Positions 19,103 to 29,167 are shown, numbered from the stretch's first letter. The stretch is DNA of 64,000 nt from a bacterium (GCA_030646995.1 JAUSKF010000002.1:76092-140091), one strand, 5' to 3'. Notes: generated by a model from the letters alone, not told the origin. Numbers and translations: made by a program.

Positions 19103-19369
19103 TCAGTGATGCCTGAATGCCCTCCTTTCCCAATTGAAGGCAGCGACCTTGTGGTGATTTATAGGCGCGCTTGCGAGCGATATAAACATATCGCGAGTAT
19201 GCGTAACACCTAAATCAGCCAAGTGTCGCGCCTCCCGAAGGGTAAGGAAATTTTTATCAACTCCTTCGTTGCTCGGGCTGGAAGTAGAGTCTACATCTGC
19301 GCTCTCGCGCCTTGGAGATTGAGTAAAAATTTCTCTTATCAATTGGGAAAAAGGGTATTCAGGCATCAC
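19103..19369 (-). CDS. hypothetical protein
   Basis: Fills the gap between two co-oriented genes with 1-2 nt spacing; no recognisable motif. Confidence 0.5.
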   Translation of the reverse strand: MMPEYPFSQLIREIFTQSPRRESADVDSTSSPSNEGVDKNFLTLREARHLADLGVTHTRDMFISLASAPINHHKVAAFNWERRAFRHH

Positions 19370-19371
19370 CT

Positions 19372-19782
19372 TCAGTTTAGCAAACCACGCTTCTTGAGCT
19401 CTGGGTACAACTTATCAATTAGCGCATCATGAAAGGCATCTAAGACCAACGGACCCGAAATAGCCGCTTCTTTAGCGGCATGTTGAATGCCTTTATGCCA
19501 AGCAAGGTCGAGTAATTTCTCCACTTTTAGCTTCACGTCTGCCGGCTCCGATTGCATATACTCGGGAAGGGGGCTATTGGCAGATGGCGCTGGAGTCGCA
19601 GGCTGAGGCGCTGTTGGCTGGCCGGCCGCTCCCGATGAAGAAGACATTTTTTCTTTCAGGACTGATTGCAAAGCCTGTCTCCCCTGCTCGGAAAGCCCGC
19701 GTTCTTTTATCTCGCTGGTGAGTTCTTTGATATCCTGCTCGATTATTGAATGCTCTGTTGGTTCTGCAAATTTTTCTGCCAT
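19372..19782 (-). CDS. conserved CPR hypothetical protein
   Basis: KGIQHA...LDAFHDAL motif; operonic with the ATPase. Confidence 0.8.
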   Translation of the reverse strand: MAEKFAEPTEHSIIEQDIKELTSEIKERGLSEQGRQALQSVLKEKMSSSSGAAGQPTAPQPATPAPSANSPLPEYMQSEPADVKLKVEKLLDLAWHKGIQHAAKEAAISGPLVLDAFHDALIDKLYPELKKRGLLN

Positions 19783-19879
19783 ACGCAAATTATAAGTTTT
19801 CTAAAAATTTTAAGCAAAAGAAAATCCCCATAGCATCTTTGATACTATGGGGATTTTACGGCGCCTACGCTGGCGTGTT

Positions 19880-20068
19880 TCATTCGGCCTCCTTTTTGGA
19901 AAAAAAGCACCAACCGACCCAGCAACCGGCGACTCCGCCGATTACCGCTCCGATCACGATCCCCACCCACGGCATCGGGTAGCTGTAGGCCAGCGGCTTT
20001 GCCGCGGCCATCAGCGCTCCGCTCGCCGCGCCGAGCACCGTCAACATCACCTTCAGTTTGCGTCTCAC
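19880..20068 (-). CDS. small two-TM Gly-rich membrane protein
   Basis: GTG start with GGGAGAG SD; upstream TTGACA-17-TATACT promoter at 20155-20183. Confidence 0.6.
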   Translation of the reverse strand: MRRKLKVMLTVLGAASGALMAAAKPLAYSYPMPWVGIVIGAVIGGVAGCWVGWCFFSKKEAE

Positions 20069-20183
20069 ACGAGTCTCTCCCTAGATAAAACTCTGTTTTG
20101 TCGGGCGACCAATCCACAATGGATTGGTTTAGCCTTTCCTAATTACTGTTTGCAAGTATAGCGGAAAATTTCCCCCTTGTCAA

Positions 20184-20392
20184 GGGCTCATCGGCATTTC
20201 TTTCAGGAACCCGGTCCGGCTAGAAAAAATAGATTCGCTCCGGTTGATTTTTGGGATAAATTGAACAGCTCCCGTTCCTCCCTTCGGGATTTTCCGGCCA
20301 TTCAATTTTTTAACCAAAAATCTGTCCTGCGCTCATTATTTTGGGCTAGCCTCCCCTTGTGGTTCCTTACAAAGAAATGCCGATTCGCTTTG
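20184..20392 (+). repeat. rod-like palindromic element with GGGCTC...CGCTTTG termini
   Basis: Nested inverted repeats ATCGGCATTTCTTT/AAAGAAATGCCGAT, AGGAACC/GGTTCCT, GGCTAG/CTAGCC, GATTTTTGG/CCAAAAATC, AAATTGAA/TTCAATTT. Confidence 0.7.
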
Positions 20393-20434
20393 TTCTATAA
20401 ACGACGCCCTAATCGCTAGTGCCTGCCGCAGTTT

Positions 20435-21085
20435 TTATTTGCGCCGCATTACATAAAAATGCACCGAAGCTCCTTGCTGATTGCCACTCTTGTGAACAAT
20501 TCTTTCCAGTATCTCAAAGTAGCTTCCATACAACACCTCCACTTGCTGTGGCGATACGGCAATTTTTTTGATCCACTCCTCCACCCCCGGCATTGGATCA
20601 TCTTCGCTTTCTTTGCCGAACGTTTCAAAAAAGTAGTACCCGCCACTAGCTTGAACCTCCGCCAACTGCTCGATAAAAGAACTTTTCTCGTCGCCAATTA
20701 AAAATTGCGAACTTAAAAGGTCTAAAACAACGTCATATCTACGGGCCGCAATTTCTTTAATTTTTGCGAGGGCTGAAAAGTCTCCAACGAAAAACTCACT
20801 TTTTGCTCCCGCCGACTTAGCTTTTTCTCTTGCTTCAGTAATTGCAACTTCGGAAATATCTATGCCAACTGTTTCAAATCCATTTTTAGCGAAAAAAATT
20901 GATTTATCACCCACGCCACAACCGATATCCAACAATAATCCGCCTGATAATTTATATTTTTTTATCAGTTCTAGAAAAAAATCCGCTCTTTCGCCGCCCC
21001 AAACCGCAACCCCCTTTTTCTGCTTGTAGAAATCATTCCATATCATAACCTTGGTAACGTCCACTTTCGAAACGGCAACCAACAT
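20435..21085 (-). CDS. class I SAM-dependent methyltransferase
   Basis: LLDIGCGVG, GIDIS, VGDF motifs; start uncertain. Confidence 0.88.
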   Translation of the reverse strand: MLVAVSKVDVTKVMIWNDFYKQKKGVAVWGGERADFFLELIKKYKLSGGLLLDIGCGVGDKSIFFAKNGFETVGIDISEVAITEAREKAKSAGAKSEFFVGDFSALAKIKEIAARRYDVVLDLLSSQFLIGDEKSSFIEQLAEVQASGGYYFFETFGKESEDDPMPGVEEWIKKIAVSPQQVEVLYGSYFEILERIVHKSGNQQGASVHFYVMRRK

Positions 21086-21178
21086 GCAACTTCCTTTCAA
21101 AGTTTCTAGCAAGATTATAGCCACGATAAGGAAAAATGACAATGGCTCGGTCTAATTACTTACAAGAACTCGATCCTC

Positions 21179-21326
21179 CAAAGCGCAGGGAATAGTTTCG
21201 AGGAACATGCCGGAGGCGATTTTGCTTGGTTCGTTTGTTAATACAAACGAAAAATCGCCGAGGGAGAGGCAAATTTGCTCGCTGGAAGCAAATTATGCCG
21301 TTTCCGAGGGGCTATTCCCGGAGCCC
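21179..21326 (-). repeat. full-length structured repeat (GGGCTC...CGCTTTG family)
   Basis: Reverse complement is near-identical to 58299-58439 apart from one variable arm and the closing stem. Confidence 0.9.
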
Positions 21327-22346
21327 CTATCCGTGACGGAATTCGGTAACGTCCCCATCCTGAAACACATATTCTTTTCCTTCTAAGCGGAGCCAGCCTT
21401 TTTGCTTGGCAGAGCTCCAAGAACCGGCTTCTAATAGTTTTTGCCAGTTGATGACTTCAGCTCGGATGAATTTCTTTTCAAAATCGGTGTGAATAGCGCC
21501 GGCGGCTTGCGGAGCTTTGCTTCCCTGTCGGATCGTCCAGGCGCGAGATTCATCTGGTCCGGTAGTGAAGAAGCTCATTAGGCCGAGGATTTCATAAGCT
21601 TTTTTCACCAGCTCTGGAATTTCAGCGGCAGAAGAAAGATCAGACACCACATATCCCGCTCCCCTTTCGGCAATCTTTCCCTTCAAATCTTCAGACACAT
21701 CCTCCGGTTTGCCGTTCAATAAATAAACCTGCTTTTTCGCGGTGAGCAAATTTAGAGCGGAAACTTTTTCATTCTCCAAAGCCTCGGCAAATTCCGGAGT
21801 AGCCAAATTTTTCCCGGACTCCAATGCTTCTTTAACTTTTTTAATTGCTTCAAAATCTTTGATTGCCTGCTTTTGCGCGGGCCCGCCGGTTTTCGTGTCG
21901 CCTTCCGCTTTTTTATAAACTTTTTCTATTGAATCCAAATCTTTCAACCCCAGCTCGGCGTTGATAATCTCCATATCCCGAATTGGGTCAACCGAATTTT
22001 CCACGTGAATAATTTCACTACTCTGAAAAACACGAAGCACCATCAAGACCGCGTTGGTTTCGCGGATGTGGGTCAAAAATTTATTTCCCAAACCCTCTCC
22101 AGCACTCGCGCCCTTCACCAAACCGGCAATGTCGTAGAACTCCACTATGGCAGGAATGGTTTTCGCTGACTTACTCATTTCTGTAAGCTTGCTCAAACGC
22201 TCATCAGGAACGGTAACCACGCCTACATTCGGATCAATTGTGCAAAAGGGATAGTTGGCAATATTTACGTCATTTTTCGTGAGTATTTTAAAGAGCGTGG
22301 ACTTCCCCACGTTCGGCATCCCCACGATTCCGATAGATAATTTCAT
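21327..22346 (-). CDS. ychF: redox-regulated ATPase YchF
   Basis: GIVGMPNVGKST, ANYPFCTIDPN, DIAGLVKGAS.GEGLGNKFL, LRLEGKEY. Confidence 0.97.
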   Translation of the reverse strand: MKLSIGIVGMPNVGKSTLFKILTKNDVNIANYPFCTIDPNVGVVTVPDERLSKLTEMSKSAKTIPAIVEFYDIAGLVKGASAGEGLGNKFLTHIRETNAVLMVLRVFQSSEIIHVENSVDPIRDMEIINAELGLKDLDSIEKVYKKAEGDTKTGGPAQKQAIKDFEAIKKVKEALESGKNLATPEFAEALENEKVSALNLLTAKKQVYLLNGKPEDVSEDLKGKIAERGAGYVVSDLSSAAEIPELVKKAYEILGLMSFFTTGPDESRAWTIRQGSKAPQAAGAIHTDFEKKFIRAEVINWQKLLEAGSWSSAKQKGWLRLEGKEYVFQDGDVTEFRHG

Positions 22347-22419
22347 TCGCTTGATTATAGCCGATTTCAGTGGCAAAATAAAGCACGTTCGTTGAAAACT
22401 ACAAAGAACAGGAGGCGGG

Positions 22420-23532
22420 ATGAAACGAATCGTTCTGACTGGCGGACCTTGCGGTGGAAAAACCACAGGGAAAGAATATGTACGGGAAAAGCTGTTGAAT
22501 TATGGCCGCTCCCCTATCTTCGTTCCGGAGGTGGCAACACTAATCATTGGGTGCGGATTGAATCCTGGAGAACTGTCTCCGGAACAATATTTCGAATTCC
22601 AAAAACTTATCTTCAGCACCCAAATGAAATTTGAGGATGATATTTTCCTCAAAGCAGTAGAGATTAAAGCATCAAAAAAACCGATGATTATAATGGATCG
22701 GGGATTGATGGATGCCAAGGCTTATATGACTCCGGAAATGTTTGAGGCAGTGCTGAAAGATCACGGAATGGACGAAGTAGAGGCGCGGGATAAGCGTTAT
22801 GATGGCGTATTTCATTTGTCTACTGTAGCTGATGGCAAGCCAGAACTTTATAGTCAGGCAAATAATCCCTCCCGATTGGAAAAAACCCCGGAAGAAGCGG
22901 TATCTGCCGATCACAAGACGCGCAATGCCTGGCTTGGCCATCCGCATTTGCGAGTCATCGACAATTCCACAGACTTTGATCAGAAGATGAATCGTCTGTT
23001 GAACGAAATTCGGAGGTTGCTGGGAGATCCGGTTGCAATCGAAACCGAACGCAGTTTCGTGGTTCACGGAGGATTTCAGCTTCAGAAAATTCCTATTCCG
23101 TTCAAAAAAATCCACATCGAACAAGTTTATCTGAAGGGGAAAGCGGGAGAAGAAAGCCGGATACGCAGACGCAGTCAGGAAGATGCCGGTTCCGTCTACT
23201 ACGAAACCAGGAAACTGCCGGCCATTTCCGCCGCTTCTCGGCCGGAAAATGAATGGCAAATCTCCGCGAGGGAATACGCCAGCAAGCTTAGCTTGGCGAG
23301 TCCGGACCACGACATTGTCCGGAAAAATCGCTTCTGCTTCTTGTACAAAAATCAGTACTTTGAACTTGATAGGATTTTGGAACCGAAGCGACTATTTGGA
23401 CTCGTGCGCTTGGAAATTGAACTCACCGAAGAGAACGATAAGGTGGAAATTCCCGACTGGCTCGGGAAAGTCGAGGAAGTAACCGGCAATCCGAAGTGGA
23501 GCAACTACGAACTGTCCCGAAGGCCGAAGTAA
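22420..23532 (+). CDS. NadR/TTD14-like AAA_28 P-loop domain fused to a CYTH domain
   Basis: IVLTGGPCGGKTT, PEVAT, MDRG..D; C-terminal ETERSF, IEQVYL, RIRRR, ELD, LEIE, EEVTG. Confidence 0.85.
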   Translation: MKRIVLTGGPCGGKTTGKEYVREKLLNYGRSPIFVPEVATLIIGCGLNPGELSPEQYFEFQKLIFSTQMKFEDDIFLKAVEIKASKKPMIIMDRGLMDAKAYMTPEMFEAVLKDHGMDEVEARDKRYDGVFHLSTVADGKPELYSQANNPSRLEKTPEEAVSADHKTRNAWLGHPHLRVIDNSTDFDQKMNRLLNEIRRLLGDPVAIETERSFVVHGGFQLQKIPIPFKKIHIEQVYLKGKAGEESRIRRRSQEDAGSVYYETRKLPAISAASRPENEWQISAREYASKLSLASPDHDIVRKNRFCFLYKNQYFELDRILEPKRLFGLVRLEIELTEENDKVEIPDWLGKVEEVTGNPKWSNYELSRRPK

Positions 23533-23629
23533 AAAAACAACCCCCTCATTGAGGGGGTTTTTGTTGCCAAAGCTATTTTTTTCTGGTAAAATAACTCCGG
23601 TTACTTTTACAAGAAAAGAGGAGGCTAGA

Positions 23630-24910
23630 ATGAACCGCGCAGTAATCGTGGACGGAGTACGAACTCCTTTTATGAAGGCGGGCTCGCTGACGAGTCTGCG
23701 GGCAACTACTCTGGGATGCGACGTAATCGAACATTTGCATCTGAATCTTCATGGGTTCCGGCTCGAGGACATTGATTTGGTAATTGGCGCCAACGTCGGC
23801 AACCAAGTTCTCCCCCCCGACGGTTCTAATCTGACCCGCCTGATTGCCTTAAAAGCAGGGATTCCAATAAAAGTTCCGGCTTTTACGGTAAATATCAATT
23901 GCGCTAGCGGCCTTCATGCCATTTTGACAGCGGTGAAAGAGGTGGAGCTGGGTCTGGCGAATTGCGTATTGGTGGTAGCGGTAGAAGTAATGTCGGATTA
24001 CACCGCCGCCTACAGCCGTAAACAGCGGCAGAAATTCGCTAATCTCCTGACAGCATCGAGAAGTAAATCGCTTTTGAAAAAGCTTTCATCCACCGCTTCA
24101 GCGCTTGTGAAAGTAAAGATTATGAAGCATGACCCGCAGTGGATGATTAAACTCGGTTTGACCGATCCGTCCTGTAATTTGAGTATGGATAAGGTTTCCG
24201 ACAAGATTGCCGAGAAATACAAAATTTCCCGAGAAGAGCTGGATCTCTATGCTCTGGAGTCTCACCGAAGAGCAAATAATGCATCAGATCGTTTGCGCGG
24301 AGAAATGTGTTCATTCACCCTGAATGGAAAAAAAGAGCTGCCGTGGTTCTATGATGACGGCGTTCGGCCAAATCAGACTTTGGCGGCACTCGCGAAATTG
24401 AAACCGCTGAATGAAGGCGGGGTCACGACCGCAGGAAATTCCTCCCAGATCACTGACGGCGCCGTGGCATTCCTAATCGCCAACAAAGAATGGGCAGCAG
24501 CAAGAAAGCTTCCTGTGCTAGCCGCGATGAGTTCTAAAAATTCTGCGGCCTGCGGCTGTGAACCCTCGATGATGGGTCTCGGGCCGGTCGGCGCTATCTC
24601 TAAGTTGAGGGCGCAGGGTTGGACCAAGATGAGTGATTTCTCTGTTGTGGAGACCAATGAAGCTTTCGCTTCTGTGGTGCTCGCTCAGTCGAAGATGCTC
24701 AAAGAGATTGGAATGGGTCCGCTTGATTGGGATCGCACCAACGTAAATGGCGGCGCGATCGCTATCGGCCATCCGATCTCCGCAAGTGGTGCCAGACTGG
24801 TGTTGACCTGCGCGAAAGAACTTCAGCGACGCAATCAGCAATATGGCCTCGTGACACTTTGTGTCGGTGGCGGCCAGGGTGTCGCGGCAGTGATTGAAAA
24901 CAATGAGTAG
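23630..24910 (+). CDS. fadA: acetyl-CoA acyltransferase (3-ketoacyl-CoA thiolase)
   Basis: RTPF, NCASG, TAGNSSQITDGA, NEAFA, GGAIAIGHP, CVGGGQG. Confidence 0.93.
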   Translation: MNRAVIVDGVRTPFMKAGSLTSLRATTLGCDVIEHLHLNLHGFRLEDIDLVIGANVGNQVLPPDGSNLTRLIALKAGIPIKVPAFTVNINCASGLHAILTAVKEVELGLANCVLVVAVEVMSDYTAAYSRKQRQKFANLLTASRSKSLLKKLSSTASALVKVKIMKHDPQWMIKLGLTDPSCNLSMDKVSDKIAEKYKISREELDLYALESHRRANNASDRLRGEMCSFTLNGKKELPWFYDDGVRPNQTLAALAKLKPLNEGGVTTAGNSSQITDGAVAFLIANKEWAAARKLPVLAAMSSKNSAACGCEPSMMGLGPVGAISKLRAQGWTKMSDFSVVETNEAFASVVLAQSKMLKEIGMGPLDWDRTNVNGGAIAIGHPISASGARLVLTCAKELQRRNQQYGLVTLCVGGGQGVAAVIENNE

Positions 24911-24914
24911 CCCC

Positions 24915-24951
24915 ATCCCCGTGTTCAACGCGTTGAACACGGGGATTTTTT
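24915..24951 (+). terminator. intrinsic terminator
   Basis: ATCCCCGTGTTCAACGCGTTGAACACGGGGAT perfect palindrome followed by T tract. Confidence 0.75.
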
Positions 24952-25064
24952 ATATAACACTTATGTCCTGGTCAGGATATAAGTGTTATATTTTCATTCT
25001 TGATTTTTCGTTGAGTTCCTGTTATTTTAAGTTCGGTTCGTTCACAAACGAAAGGGAGAAAATA

Positions 25065-27080
25065 ATGAGTAAGTTCTGGAAATGTTCGACCGACGAAGAA
25101 GGAAATATGGTTGCCGAGCTTGATCTCGGACCGGATGAAAAGCAAAACCTTTTGCGGGCGGAAGTTCTGAAGGAATTGAACGTCATTTTGTCTACGAACA
25201 ACCCGAAGTGTCTGATTATCACGACTGCCAAGCCGCACAGTTTCTGCGCGGGCGCGGATGTCGGAGAAATCAACGCTTTGGCGAACGGGAAACAGGAACA
25301 TCTGGTAGCAGCTCTCGAGAGTATGCATGCGCTTCTGCTGAAGATTCGCAATTCCTCTTATCCAATCGTGGCCGCGACTTCCGGAGAATGTCTGGGGGGC
25401 GGAACCGAACTAGTACTCGCCTGCCACAAGCGCATTGCCGCAAGACACCCTAAGACGCGCTTCGGCTTGCCTGAAGTGATGCTGGGAGTGATTCCCGGTT
25501 TCGGTGGAACACAGCTGTTGCCAAAGTTGGTCGGAGTCCGGAAAGCAATGGAAGTGATTGTTGGCCAGAGGAAGCTCTCGGCTGATGATGCTCTCAAATG
25601 CGGATTAGTGGACAAAGTTGTGATTCCGGAACTGCTAATCGTGGAGGCAAAAAAAATTGCGTTTGAAGAAACGGAACGTAAGAAACTTTCGTGGGTAGAC
25701 AGAATCGGCGCCGTTCGTGATTTCGTGATGAGAATGGCAAAAAAGCAGACTCTGAAAGCCACGAAAGGTGTCTACCCTGCTCCGATGAAAGCCATCGAAG
25801 CAATCGATTTCAGCGACGCCAATCTGGAAGACGGTTTGGCCCGTGAAGGCCAACTCTTCCTCGAATGCGCCGCGACGATGGAGTCCGCCAGCTTGCGGGA
25901 TATTTTTCTGAAACAGCGCGAGGCAAAATCCAAAGATTGGATTGGTGTCAATCCGCCATCCGCCCATTCTGGCGGAGGCGGAACTCCTCCGGAAAAAGTA
26001 CTTATGCTCGGTGCCGGCGTAATGGGACGCGCAATCGCTTACGCCGTTCTGGCGGGAGGCGTGAGGGTGAACCTGCACGATATGAGTTCAAAAGCGATTC
26101 ACGAAGCGGTATTGTTCATCGAAGGACAGCTCGCTAAAGAAGTCAAAAAGAGCAAGCTCTCGCTTGAGAAAGCGCAGGGCATGCGCGATCGGCTGATTGT
26201 CAGCTACGGCGATGAGCCGACGATCGATGGCGTGGATTTCGTGATTGAGGCGATCGTGGAAGATCTGACCATCAAGCCGCGGGTTCTAGCCGAGCTGGAA
26301 AAGAAACTTCCGGAGAATGCGGTCATCGCCACCAACACTTCTTCGCTCCTGCCGAGCGATATTGCCGCTCCCCTGACTCGCAAAGACAAGTTCTGCGCGA
26401 TGCACTTCTTCAACCCGGCCCACAAAATGGACCTGGTAGAGATCGTTGGCACGGCGGAAACTTCCAAAGAAACTCTGGCAAAAACGCTGGCGCTCATCAA
26501 AGCGATGGGTAAGACCCCGATCCTTTTGGATAAGGAATGCGCCGGCTTGCTGGTGAATCGAGTACTGGTGCGTGGAATGGCTAAGGCGCTTGATTGTCTA
26601 TTGTCGGGAGAAGATCCTTGGGAAATAGACATGGCGCTCGAAGGGGCCGGAATGGTTATGGGTCCGTTCAAAACCATCGACCTCGTCGGCTTCGACATTG
26701 CCTACCACGTGATGAAGATGATGGGCCACTACTATCCGGAGATTTACGGGAAAACAGAAGTCGGCAATCTGGAGCTGCACAAGTTTAAGGACATACTCGG
26801 TCAGAAAACCGGTAAAGGTTTCTATGTCTGGGAGAACAACAAAGCCGTAAAGCCCAACAAGGAAATTTTGAAGAAGTTCGGCTGGGAGTTGTTCCCACAT
26901 GACAAAGAAATCGGAGCATTGGACTGCTGTCATTTGATCCGCAAAGAAATGAACGAAGAAGCGATGGCGCTCGTTAGCGAACGCATCTGCTCCGATCCGA
27001 ATATGATTGACCTCTCGCTGGTACTGGGTGCCGGACTCTTCCCGAACCGGCGCGGACTGCTGAAAAATCCGATCATCTAA
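25065..27080 (+). CDS. fadB: multifunctional enoyl-CoA hydratase / 3-hydroxyacyl-CoA dehydrogenase (FadB/FadJ type)
   Basis: FCAGAD, CLGGGTE, GLPEV.LG..PG.GGT; GAGVMG, EAIVE, TNTSSL, MHFFNP, MGPF..ID. Confidence 0.92.
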   Translation: MSKFWKCSTDEEGNMVAELDLGPDEKQNLLRAEVLKELNVILSTNNPKCLIITTAKPHSFCAGADVGEINALANGKQEHLVAALESMHALLLKIRNSSYPIVAATSGECLGGGTELVLACHKRIAARHPKTRFGLPEVMLGVIPGFGGTQLLPKLVGVRKAMEVIVGQRKLSADDALKCGLVDKVVIPELLIVEAKKIAFEETERKKLSWVDRIGAVRDFVMRMAKKQTLKATKGVYPAPMKAIEAIDFSDANLEDGLAREGQLFLECAATMESASLRDIFLKQREAKSKDWIGVNPPSAHSGGGGTPPEKVLMLGAGVMGRAIAYAVLAGGVRVNLHDMSSKAIHEAVLFIEGQLAKEVKKSKLSLEKAQGMRDRLIVSYGDEPTIDGVDFVIEAIVEDLTIKPRVLAELEKKLPENAVIATNTSSLLPSDIAAPLTRKDKFCAMHFFNPAHKMDLVEIVGTAETSKETLAKTLALIKAMGKTPILLDKECAGLLVNRVLVRGMAKALDCLLSGEDPWEIDMALEGAGMVMGPFKTIDLVGFDIAYHVMKMMGHYYPEIYGKTEVGNLELHKFKDILGQKTGKGFYVWENNKAVKPNKEILKKFGWELFPHDKEIGALDCCHLIRKEMNEEAMALVSERICSDPNMIDLSLVLGAGLFPNRRGLLKNPII

Positions 27081-27153
27081 TAACCTCAAGCCCCCTTTTC
27101 AAAGGGGGTTTTTTGTTTTAAAATAGCTTCGGTTCCTTAATAAGGAGAAAGAC

Positions 27154-29139
27154 ATGGACGTTGCCAAGTCTTTGGGAGCGGGAGTGGCGATTGCAGAAGC
27201 AAGTCGCGACAAAGAAAAGCTGGCCAGTCTGATGCCGGATATTTTCCGGGGAAAGTTGGATGTCAGTTATTTCGAAGATCTTCCGAAAGACACTTTGTGC
27301 GATTTGAAGTTCCAGGCGAACTATCGAAAACTCGAGGAATTTTTGAAAACGGAAGTCGATCCGAATGAGATCGAGAAAACCAATGAAGTTCCGAAAGGGG
27401 TCTTGGATTGGCTTTGTGAAAATGGCTACTTCGCTCTGAAGTTGCCGGAAAAGTATGGCGGTATGAATCTGTTGCAGTCCCAGTATATGGCGCTGCTTCA
27501 GCTGACTGCCACGCGTTGCGGAGCGCTCGTTGCTTTGCTTTCTGCCTCCAACACCATCGGTGTCGGTTGGCCGATCATGGCTTTCGGCTCTCCGGAACAG
27601 CAGGATACCTGGCTTCCATTGGTTGCTAAGTCCCCTTCCGGATTCGCCTTCACTGAAGAAAAGGCCGGTTCCGATCCTTCCAGTATGGAAACCCATGCTG
27701 TGCGGGTTCGCGAAAACGGTAAGGTGGCCGGTTACCAGATTAGCGGTCGCAAGTGGTGGACCACTAACGGCCCGGCCAGCGACAATTCCTATCTTTCCAA
27801 GGTGATCATTGTGATCGCCAAGATCGTGGATTATCCGGATCAGCTTTCCGATTTGGAATACAAAAAGAATCCCGTTTTCGGAGCTTTTATTGTTCCGACT
27901 GGTTCTCCGGGAGTAAAGGTTGTTCAGAGATGTGAGTTCCTCGGTTTGAGGGGCATCTACAACGGCATCACGGACTTCGAAAAAGTCTACATTCCGCTCG
28001 AACAGCTGATCGGGAAGAAGACCGATTCCAGCGGAAAAACCGAATACTATCAGGAAGGTTCCGGTTTCCGGATCGCTTTGCAGGCGCTCAACAGCGGCCG
28101 AATCACGGTCTCCGGTTGTTGCTCTGCAACTGCCAAGATCGCTCTGCAAGTCGAGCGTTGGTGGGGTCTTACCCGCCATCAGTGGGGAAAGCAGATCGGC
28201 CAGCATGAACTTGTTGGCACCGGAAAGCTTGCCGAAGGCGTCGCGAAAGCTTTTACGATGGAAGCGATGACCTGGTTTGCCGCCGGTCGCGCTGATAAGC
28301 ATCTGGATTGCCGGATGGAGGCCGCGACTGCCAAAGTCTTCAATTCCGAACAACTCTGGCAGATCGTTGATGATCTGGCGCAGATCCGTGGTGGACGAGC
28401 CTACGAAACTCCGGAATCTCTGAAGAAGCGAGGCGAAGCGCCGATCCCAGTTGAAAGAATGATCCGCGATGCTCGGCCGAATCGAATCTTCGAAGGCGAA
28501 TCCTCGATCCTTGGACTGTTCGTAGTTCGTGAAGGAGTTGAGGAATACAAGGCGCAGGGTGAAATCTTCTTTGAAAAAGGCCGGTACGGAAAGAAAATGA
28601 AGGCCGCTGTTGGCTTCGCGAAAGAACTCGCTAAGCTTTCTATCCCGAACTTTAAAATGCGTTCACAAATCAAAAAGTTCTCGAAGGATTGGCCTCAGCT
28701 TGCGAAGCACCTACTTCACGCAGATAAGTGCGCGCGGAAGCTGGCAAAAGCGATCATTATCATTTCCGGTAAGTACCAGGCCAAGCTGATGCATAAGCAG
28801 CTGACCCTTACCCGGTTCTTCAATATCGCCACCGAGATCTACGCGATGGCCGCTGTTTGCGGATACGTGATCAAGGAGTGGCCGGTCCACGCAAAGGCTG
28901 ATCTGGCTGACTTCTATTGCCAGGGAGCCCGCCGTAGGATCGAAAAAGAATTCGCCGCCTTGTCGGACAACAGTGATGCGCTCGGTCGCAAAATTGCCAA
29001 TCTCACTCTAATGAATGGCTACGAAGATTTCCTTACGGACGGCACCATTCCGATGGTTGAGATGCTGGATCTGAAAGATCCCCAGCCTCCGAACCTCATG
29101 CCGCTGCCGCACTCACGCCGTGTTGATCGTAAAGCCTAA
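27154..29139 (+). CDS. fadE: acyl-CoA dehydrogenase (long, VLCAD/ACAD9-like)
   Basis: PEKYGG, FAFTE..AGSD, GRKWWTTNG, LNSGR, GGRAYE, RD.R..RIFEG. Confidence 0.9.
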   Translation: MDVAKSLGAGVAIAEASRDKEKLASLMPDIFRGKLDVSYFEDLPKDTLCDLKFQANYRKLEEFLKTEVDPNEIEKTNEVPKGVLDWLCENGYFALKLPEKYGGMNLLQSQYMALLQLTATRCGALVALLSASNTIGVGWPIMAFGSPEQQDTWLPLVAKSPSGFAFTEEKAGSDPSSMETHAVRVRENGKVAGYQISGRKWWTTNGPASDNSYLSKVIIVIAKIVDYPDQLSDLEYKKNPVFGAFIVPTGSPGVKVVQRCEFLGLRGIYNGITDFEKVYIPLEQLIGKKTDSSGKTEYYQEGSGFRIALQALNSGRITVSGCCSATAKIALQVERWWGLTRHQWGKQIGQHELVGTGKLAEGVAKAFTMEAMTWFAAGRADKHLDCRMEAATAKVFNSEQLWQIVDDLAQIRGGRAYETPESLKKRGEAPIPVERMIRDARPNRIFEGESSILGLFVVREGVEEYKAQGEIFFEKGRYGKKMKAAVGFAKELAKLSIPNFKMRSQIKKFSKDWPQLAKHLLHADKCARKLAKAIIIISGKYQAKLMHKQLTLTRFFNIATEIYAMAAVCGYVIKEWPVHAKADLADFYCQGARRRIEKEFAALSDNSDALGRKIANLTLMNGYEDFLTDGTIPMVEMLDLKDPQPPNLMPLPHSRRVDRKA

Positions 29140-29167
29140 AAGCTCACCGCCCAGAAATGGGCGGTTT

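Noticed and set aside
27118-28353. 411-aa minus-strand ORF
   Set aside because: Antisense shadow of the acyl-CoA dehydrogenase; no motifs
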